Assembly: GCA_028534125.1 (NCBI GenBank)
Contig: CM052832.1
Location: forward strand, 11,658,001-11,722,000
Length of the DNA: 64,000 nucleotides
Origin: Lama glama
Taxonomy: Eukaryota
Reading direction: 5' to 3'
The notes under the pieces were generated by a model. That model was given only the letters and a program-made list of their open reading frames with translations, did not search any database and was not told the origin of the DNA. Below, in pieces: positions 26,128 to 38,530 of the stretch (the first letter of the stretch is position 1; each line of letters begins with the position of its first letter). The translations under genes and the position numbers were made by a program.

Positions 26128-26345
26128 AGGATTAGCAGACACTAACTACTACACATAAAATAGATAAACAGCAGTGCCCCACTGTACAGCACAGGGAACT
26201 ATATTCAGTATCTTGTAATGGCCTAGAATAAAAAAGAATATGAGAAGGAATATGTGTGTATGTATGTATGTGTATAACTGAATCACTGTGCTGTACACTA
26301 GAAATTAACACATTGTTCAATTAAAAAAATTTTTTTTTTAAAGAA
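26128..26345 (+). mobile_element. 5'-truncated L1 3' end (cetartiodactyl type)
   Basis: gattagcagacactaactactacacataaaatagataaacagc...cacagggaactatattcagtatcttgtaat...gctgtacactagaaattaacacattg followed by an A-rich tail. Confidence 0.8.
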
Positions 26346-28871
26346 AAAGCTCAAAATATAGAAGAGCTGATTCTAGAAGGTCTCTAAAGGAGGAGGGGAG
26401 AGAGGAGCTGGATGCCAGTCCCCTCCCTTCGCACCCTTCTCCTCACAGGTTCCCTGGAGCCCCCTCTAGGGACCCAATAAGCCCTGCTGAGCCCAGTCTG
26501 AGAAAAGCCCAAAAGGATGGGGCTGACCGTGTCTGCCCACAGGGCCCAGGGGAGTCAGGGTGGATTTCATCGTAACTCAGTCCCCAGGGAGGCCAGAGTG
26601 GGGGCTCCAGTGATTCTGAGGTGGGGCCAAATGTGGGTGTTTGTGGTGGGAGATGGGGGGGCTCCTCCAGCATCAAGCCCAGCCCCAGCTCAGGAAACCC
26701 AGAAACAACCAGTTTCAGCCAAAGTTACATACCCTGAAAGCAGACAAACCTCTCTGTGGAGGAGGGAGTCTGGGAGGGTCCTGGCAGCCGGGAGCTCTGA
26801 GAAGTCCGGGGAGGTGGACCCCCTCCCCCCCTCTGCAGACCTCAAGCTCCAACCTGCCAGCAGATCATCACATGGGTGCCACCGCCCCCTTGTGGTCATG
26901 CCCACAGCTGCGCTGAAACATCTGTCCCTCAGGGATGCTCTAAGTGCCTTGGAGATGAACACCCCCAAAAGGCCAGATTCTCTCAGGCTGGGGTCTGGCC
27001 TGGGGAACTCCAGGTATCTCTGCCTCTGGCTTCACTTTTTCCCTCAGGCTGAGCTTCCCAGAAAACGAAACACCAAAAACCAAAGCCATGTGGTATGTTG
27101 TACCCACCTCGGGGCTGGGAATCTAGAGATGAGACTGGGGCTTGAATACTGTAGCCTCCAAAATGCTGTGTGACCTGGGGGAGTCAGATAACCTCTCTGA
27201 GCCTCTGCATACTTGTCTATAAAATGAGAATAGTAGTTCCTGCCCTGCGAGCCTAGGAGCTATTGTGAGGGTTTGCGAAACACCCTTTGCATAAAGCTCT
27301 GGGCACATACAAAGGGTCCAAAACATAGAGTCCTGGTCAAGACGGGAGCAGAAAGGGGCGGGGCTGGGAGGGACTAGTCTAGAGAAAGCGGTGCTGGGAG
27401 GTTAGCAGGAGACAACTGTGAAAAGAAGAGCAGGAAGGAGAAACGCAACCCCGGGTGCCCAGAGAGAGGCCCCAGGATTCCCTACCCCTTTGCCTTGAAC
27501 AAACTCATCTTGTCTGCAGAGCTCCTTATAGCCCTCAATTCCCCCAGGAGCCTCAGCCTGTGCCTCCAGTCCTTCCTGGGGAGCCTCACACTGACCCCAC
27601 AGCAGGACACTGTCATGGAGCCTCCGAGCCCTCACGTTTGCTGAACAATTGATGCACAGGTGCCATTGCGTTTATCCTTCCCAGCCCTGAGGTACATAGA
27701 ATGAAGATGGCCTTTCCATCTAGTTTCCAATGACAGGTTCCTCATTTCCATCGGACACCACACCTTGAACATTTATATTTCTAGCAACAGTCTCTTCCAT
27801 GGCAATCTAGGCTCTCTTCAAACTCTCCCAGCCACTACCATTCATTACCCAATTCCAAAGTCATGTCCACATTTTTGGGTACCTGTTGCAGCAGCACCCC
27901 AGGACCACCAGAAGCGAGGGGAGGGGCACAGATTCTCCCTCACAGCCCTCGACCCTGCCCATGCCCACTCTCAGACTCATTTCTGTGGTTTTAAGCCACT
28001 AGTTCGTGGTTATCATGTTACAGAAGCCCTAGCAAACGAATACACACCATTGCATCCTCTCCCTGGTTCTGCTCTGGCCCCAGGACAGCCCCTCCGCGCA
28101 GGCTCTGCCCCAACCCTCTTCTTCCATCTCTCCAGCTGCCTCCATTTCCTCCTGTGACCTCCCTCCTTGCATCTCTGCAGTGGTCCTAAATAGATTCTCA
28201 GTCCCCTCAAGGCTGCATGAGTCGGGTCCCCATTGGTCTCTTGACAGTAACGATCATAGCTCGCATGTCCCGCCCTTATCATGTGGCAGGCTGGGGGTTA
28301 GACGCTTTACGTGTACGCTCTCATTGAATCCCCACGTGAGGTAAGTACCAACATTATCCTACTTTTCCAGGGGGAACTGACCTTCAGAGAGGCTAAGTAA
28401 CCTGCCAAAGTCACACAGCAGGAACACTGGACCCGGGCAGGTCTCAGTGGAAAGTCCATGCTGGTAACTCCTGTACTTCCCGGCTTCCCACACTTCCTGC
28501 TTCTCTCAGAGTCATCATTTCCACTTGAATAGCCTGAGGTCTCTTCAAGTTCACAGTATCTAGAACAAGCTTGACATCCCCACCCCAGCAACCCTCCCCT
28601 TTTACCCCACCTGCCAACACACATAGCAGTTCTTCCTGCCACTTCCTGTAATGGGCTCAGAATCCCCTGGGCTGGAGATGTGGCTTCTCCTCAGCCTTGC
28701 TCCAAGGTCTCCTAGGGTTTGGAAAAGACAAGGGTGATTTTTCCTCTAGGGGACCCCTGTACTTTTTTAATTTTTAAATTTTACTTACTGATTGATTTTT
28801 TAAATTTTAAAACAGTAGTATTCACTTTTTTGGTGTACAGTTTTATGAATTTTAACACATGCCTAGATTCT

Positions 28872-31531
28872 TAATTTTTTATTGAGGTGTAATTGACATA
28901 TAACATTATATAAGCTTCATGTGTACATGATAATTTAGTATGTGTGTAAATTGCAAAATGATCATCATAGTAAGTCTAGTTAACATCTGTCACCGTACAT
29001 AGTTACAAAATTTTTTTTCTTATGAGAACTTGTAAGATCTACTCTCTTAGCAACTTTCACATATGCAACACAGTTTTATTAACAATAGTCACCATGCTAT
29101 ACATTACATCCCCAGGACTTTATTTTATAACTGAAAGCTTGTACCTTTTGACCCCTTCACCCATGTCACCCACTCTCCACCCCCTGCCTCTGGCAACCAC
29201 CAGTCTGTTCTCTGTATCTATGAGCCTGGTTTGTTTTTTGAAAAAAAATTTCCTTTTTTCGTTTTGTTTTGTTTTTAGATTCCACATATAAATGATATCA
29301 TCCTTTTTTTTTTCCTTCTGTAACTTATCTCACTTAGCACGATGTCCTCAAGGTCCATCTATATTGTCATAAATGGAAATTTTCCTTTTCTTAATAGTTG
29401 AATAATATTCTTTGTGTATATACCACATTTTCTTTATCCATTCATCCATCAATAGACACTTAAGTTGTTTCCATATCTTGGTTATTTAAATAATACTTCA
29501 ATGAACATGGGGATACATATATCTTTTCAAGTTAGTGTTTTTGTTTCCTTCAGAAAAGACGTGGTCTTGCAGGGTCTTTTTTAAGTTTTTTTTTTTTTTT
29601 TTTTTTTACATTTTTTATTGATTCATAATCATTTTACAGTGTTGTGTCAAATTCCAGTGTTCAGGACAATTTTTCACTCATTCATGGACATATACACACT
29701 CATTGTCACATTTTTTTCTCTGTGATTTATCATAACATTTTGTGTATATTTCCCTGTGCTATACAGTGTAATCTTGTTTATCTATTCTACAATTTTGAAA
29801 TTTTTTTAAGTTTTTTGAAAAACATCCACACTGCTTACTATAGTGGCTGCACCAATTTACATTCCTACCAACAGGGCATAAGGGCTCCCTTTTCACATCT
29901 TTGCCAGCACTTGTTGCTTCTTGTCTTTTTGACAATAGCTATTCTGACAGGTGTGAGGTGATATATCACTGTGGCTTTGATTTGCATTTCCCTGCTGATT
30001 AGTGATGTTGAGCTTTTTCTTGTTTCAACCTTTTCATGTTGGCCATCTGTCTGTTTTCTTTGGAATAATGTCTACTGAGATCTTCTGCTCATTTTTTAGT
30101 TGGATTGCTAGTTTGTTCATTTTTTGCTATTGAGTTGTATGAATTCTTTATATGTTTTTGGATATTGATGTCTTATGAGGTATAAGATTTGCAAATATCT
30201 TCTCCCATTCAGTAGGCTGCCTTTTCATTTTGTTGATGGTTTCCTTTGCTGTGTGGAAGCTTTTTAGTTTGATGTAGTCCCACTTTATTTTTGCTTTTAT
30301 TGCCTTGGCTTTTGGTGTCAAATCCAAAAAACCCCATTATATTAATGCCAGGGAGCTTACCATTTATGATTTTCTTCTAGGAATTTTATGGTTTCAGGTC
30401 TCCCATTCAAGTCTTTAACCCATTTTGAGATAATGTTTGTGTGTGGTATGAGATACAGTCCAGCTTTATTCTTTTCCATGTGGTTCTCCAGCTTTCCCAA
30501 CACCTTTCATTGAAGAGATTGTGTTTCTTGTATATTCTTGGCCCCTTTGTTGTAAATTAATTGACCATACATAAGTGGGTTTATTTCTGGGCTCTCTGCT
30601 CTGTTCTGTTGATTTTGCTCTAGGATTCTGTTTCATGATTTTATGCCAATACCGTATTATTTTGGTTACTTTAGTACTTTATTTTGATAGCTTCATAATA
30701 CAGTTTGAAATCAAGGAGTATGATGCCTCTAATCTTTCTCAAGATTGCTTGGCCCATTTGGGGTCTTTTATGGGTCCATACAAATTTTAGGATTGTTTGT
30801 TCTATTTCTACGAAAAAATGCTGTTGGCATTTTTGATAGGGATTGCACTGAATCTGTAAATTGCTTTAGGTAGTATGGACATTTCAATATTAATTCTTTC
30901 AACCCATGAACATGAAATATCTTTCCATTTGCTTGTGTCTTCTTCAGTTTCTTTCATCAGTGTCTTATGGTTTTCAGCGTACAGGTCTTTCACTTCCTTG
31001 GTTAAAATTTTTTCCCAGGTATTTTATTCTTTTCGATACAATTGTAAATGGAGTTTTTCCTTAATTTCTCTTTCTGACAGTTTGTTATTAGTGTATAGAA
31101 ACACTACTGTTTATTGATTTTGTATCCTGCAACTATACTGAATTTGCTTATTAGATCTAACAGTTTTTTTTGGGTGGAGTCTTAAGGGTTTTCTGTGTAT
31201 ATTATCACATCATCTGCAAACAGGGACAGTTTTACTTCTCCCTTTCCAATTTGAATGCCTTTTTTTGCTTGCTTAATGCTCCAGCTAGGACTTTCAATAC
31301 TATGTTGAATGAAAGTAGTGGGAGTGAGCATTCTTGTCTTGTTCCTGATCTTAAAGGAAAAGCTTTCAGCTTTTCACGGCTGTATATGATGTTAGCGATA
31401 GGCTTGTCATATACGGCCTTTATTATGTTGAGATGCATTCCCTCTACACCCACTTTGTTGGAAGTCTTTATCATAAATGGATATCTAATTTTGTCAAATG
31501 CTTTTCCTGCATCTATTGAGATGATCATATG
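28872..31531 (-). mobile_element. 5'-truncated L1 (ORF2 RT/C-terminal region and 3' UTR) inserted into an older L1M
   Basis: ORF2 remnants [47 protein letters not shown] and [44 protein letters not shown]. Flanked by atgcctagatt / atgcctacgtt (degenerate TSD). Confidence 0.92.
29591..29801 (-). mobile_element. Younger L1 3' end nested in the L1 at 28872-31531
   Basis: Long poly(T); TSD ttttttaagttttt on both sides; L1 3' UTR motif tccctgtgctatacagt..cttgtttatctatt. Confidence 0.8.
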
Positions 31532-31532
31532 A

Positions 31533-33450
31533 ATGCCTACGTTTTGTAATCATCACCTTAAACAAGATACAGAACAATTTCAATGTCCTAAAGAACGCTC
31601 ACCTCTGGAAACCACTGATCTGTTTTCAGTCCTTCATTTGTTCCCTGCGGCTGCTATAACAAATCACCGCAAACTTGGTGGCTTAATGCAACAGAAACCT
31701 ATTCTCTCCCAGTGCTAGAGGCCAGAAGTCCATAATCAGTATCACTGGGCTGAAATCAAGGTGCTAGCAGGGCTGCTTTCCTTCTGGAGGCTCTAGGGGA
31801 TACTCTCTGCTTCTTGTTTCTTCAAGCTTCTGATGGCTGCCAGCATCCCTTGGCTGCGGCTAACCCAGTCTTCAAGGCCAGCATCATCTAATCTCCCTCT
31901 GTTCCACCTTCATATAGCGTTTTAGTCTATGTGAAACCTCCTTCTGCCTCTCTTTGATTGCATTTAGGGCTCACTTGGATAATCCAGGATCATCACCCCA
32001 TATCAGGAACTTTAACTTAATCACATCTGCAAAATACTTTTTTGCTGGGTGAGTTAACATTCACAGGTGCCAGGGATCAGGCGGTGGCTGGCTACCTTTT
32101 AGGAGTGCCACAGCCTAGCCTACCACATATCCCTACCATCCATTCCAGAAGGTCGTATACAGTCGTGTAACCTTTTGAGACTAGCTTCTGTCACTCGGCA
32201 TAATGCCTTTGAGATCCAGCCAAATTGTTGCATTCATCAATAGTTCATTCTTTTTTATTGGTGAGTAGCATTCCATTCTATGGATAGATCAGAGTTTGTT
32301 TATCCGTTCACCAACTGAAGAACATTTGGATTATTTCCAATCTGGGTGATTATGATTGTGCTACTATAAATATCTGTGGATAGGCTTTTTTATAGAAACA
32401 CACATTTTCATTTCTCTAGAGAATATCTCTAGGAGTAGGATTGCTAGGTTATGTGGTAAATGTATGTGTAACTAAGAGAAAGTGACAAACCATTTTCTGG
32501 AGGAACTGTACCATCTGGCATTCCCATCAGCAATGCAGGAGAGTTCCAGTTGCTCCACATCCTTGCCAGCACTTGGTATTTCTAGTATTAACATTTTTAA
32601 ACCATTTTAATATATAATGATATGTCATTGTGGTTTTAATTTTGTATTTTCCTAATGACTAAGAATGTTGAGCATCTTTTCGTGTGTGTGTGTTTCCTAT
32701 CTGTGTATTTTCTTTGGTGAAGTGTCTGCTTAAACTATTTTGTCTGTTTTTAAAATTAGGTTGTTGTCTAAATGTTGAGTTTTGAGGATTCTTTATATAT
32801 TCTTGATACAAGTCCTTTGTCAGATATATGGTTACCATATATTTTCTCTCATTCTGTGGCTTAAATTTTCATTCTTCTTACTGTGTCCTTACCAGAGCAA
32901 AAGTTTTAAATTTCACTGAAGGTAAATTTATCTTTTTCTTTTTGAATTATGCTTTTGGTATCATACCTAAGAACTCTTGCCAAACTCAAAATCACAAAGA
33001 TTGTCTCTTTTCTTATAATAATTTTGTTGCTCTACATTTTATATTTGGGCCCATGGGTCATTCTAGGTTAATTTTTATATACAGTATGAGCATACAGATT
33101 GAGTTTTTTTAAAAAAATAAAATGGAGATCCAGTTGTCCCAGCACCATTTGTTGAAAATATACCACTGAATTGCTCTTACACATTTGTCAAAAATCAATT
33201 GACCATATTTGTGTGAGTTTGTTCTGGACTCTCTGTTTTGCTCCACTGAGCTGTATGTCTGTTCTTTCCCCAGTACCGCACTATCTTGATTAATTTAGTT
33301 TATAGTATGTCTTAAAATAATGTAATGCAAATCCTGTGATTTTGATTTTTCATTTCAAAATTGTTTTGGCAATTCAAATTTCTTTACCTTCCCGTATAAG
33401 TTTTGGAATCAACTTGTCTGTATCTACAAAGAATCTTGTTTGTATGTGTC
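31533..33450 (-). mobile_element. Older L1M 3' region (continuing ~28780-28871), interrupted by MLT1D
   Basis: L1 3' motifs: gagttccagttgctccacatccttgccagcacttggt, gaatgttgagcatcttttc, cagttgtcccagcaccatttgttgaaaa. Confidence 0.8.
31634..32126. mobile_element. MLT1D-like MaLR solo LTR
   Basis: gctgctataacaaatcaccgcaaacttggtggctta..gaggccagaagtcc..atcactgggctgaaatcaaggtg..cttaatcacatctgcaaa..gcctaccaca. Confidence 0.8.
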
Positions 33451-34905
33451 TTTGCAACTGTATATTCAAATTCATCTGGAGATAACATCAGTAGTTAACA
33501 TCAGAAGTTTACAACTTGATATTCTTTTGAATAAGAGTCTTGGCCCTAAATCCAGCACTACATCTCCTTATGGCCCCATGTCACTGTCTTTGGCAACACC
33601 TTGTGCAGTCACCAGGTCCTATTAATTCATTCTTCCATTAACCATCTCTTGAGTGGACTTGAGTCACCCTTCACGGTCACTGTCAAGGGTTTGCACACCA
33701 GGATCCAGACCCTTCATGATCTCACCCCAGAATGGGTGTAGTGGGTTCCTGCTGTTCCTTCCTTAGCCCACACCGCCCCTTCTGCATCTTCCTGAAAACT
33801 TCTTTACCTGGAATGCTTCGCTGGCTCCACTTTGCCTACTGAACCAAGTCCAGAATCTTTAGGTTGATATTCAAGTTCCCTTTGGTCTGTCTGCTCCCTG
33901 CCTCCCAGTCTTCTCTCTTTCTCCACTTTTGAGACACCTTCTTCCTGGTCGCACTGGGAGGAGTCGCCCTTCCCTGTGAGGGCCTTAAGGTTTCCCACCT
34001 GGGTCTTCTTCTACGTGCTCAGCACGACCCCCTCCCTCACAACCCTTCTCTGACTGTTCACATCCTGCCAACTGGTATATCCAACCAATGTTTCTTCCTG
34101 AGCATTTCACTAAAGATGCCCTGGCAGATGGAAACACGTCCTGCAGGACATGATAGGTACACAAGTAGCTGAAATGCTAGGTAATTTATGATAAATGCCA
34201 GATCATAAGGACTTGAGAATTCAGAGAGGGAAAGACAAATACTTTAAGACATAATCAGAGAAAGCTTCCTTCAAGGCTTAAACTGAACTCAGCTTCTGCA
34301 CAGAAGCAGACCTACCTTCCAGTGGCCTAAAGAATGGGGTGTGTGCGTGTGTGTGTGTGTGTTACAGATGGGTGGGCAGGGAGCATCTAGGAACAACACT
34401 TCTAGGCTATGAAGAAAGCGTAGTGAACTCCTTGGTGACTAGTAATACTTCATCTGTATAATAGGTAGCTGGCTTAATAAATAATTCTTGCTTTGTTATT
34501 CAGAGAATAGAGACTACATCCTCTCAGAATTCAAGAAATTCAGAGAAAGAAAAAAAAAAGCCAGGCATAGCCCCCCCCAAATTTTGTGAAATTAAAAGGA
34601 AAGGTATACAGGTAATCACTATTTGATTCTGAAAGGGAAAATGGTTGAAAGAGTTTCAGGAATGAAAATCTAGCCACACAATGGCCAATTACTGCTGCAG
34701 GAAGTAAAAAGAGTAAAATGTAAAGACCCTGATGTATCTCCCTTATCTTTGCACCCCCAATACCTAAAGAAGCAGTAGAGGCGAGTATTTGACTCTCTGT
34801 ATTTGCTCTTGAGTGATCAAATAAGTCAAATGGAAAATTGATTTGATTTTGGAACCCAGAAATATGCCCACGCAGGCTTATTTGGAAGAAGAGCCATACG
34901 ACTTC

Positions 34906-34925
34906 AGCACCGCCACCTTGTGGCA
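34906..34925 (-). promoter_or_regulatory. Candidate CTCF-binding site
   Basis: Minus strand TGCCACAAGGTGGCGGTGCT is close to the CTCF core CCASYAGRKGGCRS, in non-repeat sequence. Confidence 0.45.
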
Positions 34926-37054
34926 ACATGGATATATTACAAGCTAAACTTCCACAAAGACCTAACTTCCTGAATGTTGAAGTGTCCCTTTACAAAGACT
35001 ATGCTAGCACTTCCCTGCCAGGTTCTCCCCTTCTCCCCAGGATCTCAGCTAGCAGGGCCCCGATTAAAGCTTCTAAGATGGTTCATTTCCCAGCTGCCAC
35101 TCCTAACGTTGTTGAGGCCTTCAAACTCATTCAAATGCAAAATGGCTTTATCATTTAAGTCTCTAGAGCCCTCTCCAAAATGATTTGCCTTCCAGGCTCT
35201 AAACAAGTGTTTTTAACTTGGGATCCAAGAATGGGCTTTAGGGGATGCGTGAATTCTTTGAAATTGCCTCTCAAAGTGTGTAGACATATGCATATGTCTT
35301 TTCTTGGGGCAGGGCAGGGTGGTGTCCATATCCTCTGACCAGATTTTCAGCGGGATCTGTGACTCTGAAAAGATGACAAAATCCTTGCTCTGGGGTGACC
35401 CAGGCCAAGCTGACTCTTAAAAAGAAGACAGGGACTTGCTGTCTAAATAAATGAGACAGAGAGACAAGACATTATTGAACTACTGAACATAATGAAAGAT
35501 TTGATCTCTCTCCCTCTTCTCCACCTCTCTGCTCTTTACACCCCCGCCCCACCCCTCCTCTCTACCCCTACCATGGGGAGTAAGGAGGGATTCAAACTTC
35601 ACTTGCAGATGAGTGATCATCTGTCCTTCCAAAGGTTTATGGAGGAAAGGAAGAATTTTATAGCCTCCTGAGGAGATACATTAATCCAAGTTAGCTTAAG
35701 GCAACAGAATCAGGCTATTCAAGATAACAGCATTAAAAACAAACCAAACACCCTCCTCCCCCTTATTAGTCTCCAGATCAGGTGTCTGAGCCCTGCACAG
35801 GAAGCTGACAAATGATCTAGCTATGTTTTCTGTTTGGGGAAAGCGCCTGCTTTTCTCTCTCTGATTGCTTTTTTATTTGGCAACTCACAAACTTGTCTTT
35901 TCCCTAATATAACTGCCTGGCCCCTCTCAGCAGTGCACGGCAATGTCAGCAGGGCTATCTTTCCATTTTCCTCTGGAGTTTAATATTGTTTAACCAGACT
36001 AATTGGACTCGATTTCACTTTGCTGCATTTTCATGTGCTGGATAGACCTAGCAATCCGCCTTTTGGGTTCTGCTTGTTTTGTTCCTTCACAAAGTTTCAC
36101 TTGTGAAGTTCCCAAGGATACGCTATTGCTCCTTCTCCCCCCTCCCTTCTTTCCTTATGTAAACATTTCTCTTCCTCCTGTACTGGGACAGCACAGCTCT
36201 CAATGAGGCGGGATTTATGGAGGTAAATAAGGCTCAGGTCACGTCCTCAGGGACAAATTTTGCACTTCCCTAGCCAGAGCTGCCAGTGAAAGTCATGAAG
36301 GTTGTTCACTGTACAAGGGTGCCTGGCCAAGCAGCCAGTGGGGGCTGAAATTCAGCTGCCACTCTGCTTGCCAAGCCACGCACCCTGGAGCAGAGCTGTG
36401 ACCGTGGGGAGGAAGGGAGGCCTTTCCTTACATGCAAAAAGGCACCATATGGCCTACAAGCAGCCCTTCTTCTAGTATATAGTTGTTCCGTACTAGAATA
36501 AAATATATCGACATCCTGGATACCCAAGTAGAAGTCTAGAAACCCAGGCTTGGTCCTGAATATTCAGGACCTTCTCTCTGAGCCTCAGTCCTCGTCTGTA
36601 TAATGAGGGTGTTGGACTCAAAGATCTGTGGGGGCCCTTTCACTTCGAACACTCTAACACTATTACCCGCCAAATTTAACTAAAGTGATTCCGTCCATCC
36701 ATCCAGCTATCCATCCATCCATCTATCCACGCCATCTATTTCAAGCATATGGACATCCAAGGGGAGGAATGGGGTTAAGGCATTGTAGGAAAGAGATGTG
36801 ATCTGGTGAGACTTTTCCAGTGTAAGATAAAATTCATATCTTATGGCAAGACAAGAAAAATTTAAACATAAAAAAAAATATTCTCTGCTCTTTGGCCTCC
36901 TCTCTCCCCCCACTGTGCATTGTGTATCTGCATCATACGTCAACCAGACCTCCCCTATTGGCAGAAATACCTGCTCAACCGTAAAGAGCAACATTCTCCA
37001 AGCATCAACAAGACAACTCCTTAAAGATAACATTCCTTCTTGATCTAGTAAGGG

Positions 37055-37280
37055 ATCACGATGGTGCTTAAATCTGGATTTTGTACACTGTCAACAACAC
37101 GTCATTTAATGTACAGCCCTCTTTCTCAAAAAACTGATACAGCTGTGCCTTGACTTCTAATGGGCGGAACAGTTCTCAGAGCTTTCTGAATTGCTGCTCC
37201 TGAGTTAGAGTCCTCAAATTTGGCTCAAATCAAAGTTTCCATTTCTTTCATAGATTGACTATTGATTAATTTCATCGACA
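37055..37280 (+). mobile_element. Partial ERV1-type LTR (3' part)
   Basis: ctgtgccttgacttctaatgggcggaacagttctcagagctttctga..cctcaaatttggctc..tttccatttctttc..tcgaca (LTR-like CA end); resembles recalled artiodactyl LTRs. Confidence 0.5.
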
Positions 37281-38449
37281 CCACCAAAGTGTACTCTCAT
37301 GATCTCGAGGGCACATTTCTGCCTGTGATAATGATCCTTTTCCTCCCATCTGAGTCAAGGTATGTCCCACTCCAGGGAGTAGCCATCCTGCCATTAGAGA
37401 TGCAGTCAATACAGTCAGCACTTGCAGCGGGGAAAGCCTGGAACGTGCGTGGGCTGATCCACCCTCTGGGCCGACAGCTGTGAGGACTAATGAACTTCTC
37501 CCTCCCAACCCCTGACCCCATAAGGGTGGGTGGGTGATTTTACAATCAAAGCACCAGCAGCCCAAATGAGAGGCAACACACGATTATAAATATTGGATTG
37601 ATTTGACCTTGGGCACCTGGGGAGAGCACAGAGCCACAGCCAAGCATTAAAGGAGGAGGGTATAGGTGGGGTGCTGAGACAGGAAGTGAGACATGGCTCT
37701 GCCAGGGGTTGGGGTAGGGAGGCCCCATCCTGGATACTATAGCAGGCTGGCCAGGGGTTTTCTGCTCCATTGGAACTCCCTGCTTCCATCTGCCTGATTG
37801 ATTTTCTCTTTTAAACCCAGCTCTCTGCCAAAGAGGATTTGCAATGGCTGGCAACAAAGACACCTAAAAGTAAACTTAAAATAAGCTGGAAAGCTTTACA
37901 GCCTCACTGTAGGGAGTCACCATTCATTCATTCATTCATTCGGCAGTCTACCTGAGGAAATACCAGTTCTCTACATCACACCCTGCACTGTGCTGGACAC
38001 TCAGTTTGGCTCTTATGGTCCGGGTCATGTAGGAGTTTACAAGGTGATTGATGCTCAAGATTGTATACTAAGAAATTGCAGGAACAAGGCTTCCTGGTGT
38101 AGGGACTGAGGAAGGCCTAAGAGAGAAAAGGTCTGGCTTTTAGTCCCCACTCCCCTGCTCCTGACCTAGGTAACCTTCACTTCCTCAGCTGTAAAATGGG
38201 TGGTAGAACTAGGTCAGTGGCTTTTCAAATTTCAGTGGGCATTAGAATTCTCTAGGGAGCTTGCTCACACTGCAGGTGCCTGAGATTCGCAGAGATTCAG
38301 CTCTCAAATACTTGCTCAGGAGGCTAACGTCAGTACTTTAATAGTTCCCAGACCCCCATTCTTGGGGCGGGGTTCTGATGTCGGGGGTCTCTGGACATAT
38401 TTTGAAAAACTCTGGGCCAAATATTCTAAATAAAGGTTATTCTCTGGGG

Positions 38450-38530
38450 GTTTTATTATTTACTTAATATTTAATATTTATCATTATAAATATTAGTGTT
38501 TATTTAATATTTATTATTAAATTAAAACTC
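38450..38530. repeat. AT-rich low-complexity tract
   Basis: Almost entirely A/T; several AATAAA on the - strand. Confidence 0.85.

Noticed and set aside
26517..27173. 218-aa ATG ORF
   Set aside because: No recognisable domain, GC-rich composition, and it ends in MIR-like sequence.
34540..34929. 129-aa - strand ORF with a hydrophobic stretch
   Set aside because: No recognisable homology, and it ends in a homopolymer-derived poly-Phe.
36469..36499. 8-bp inverted repeat ttctagta...tactagaa
   Set aside because: Too short to exceed chance expectation in 64 kb.
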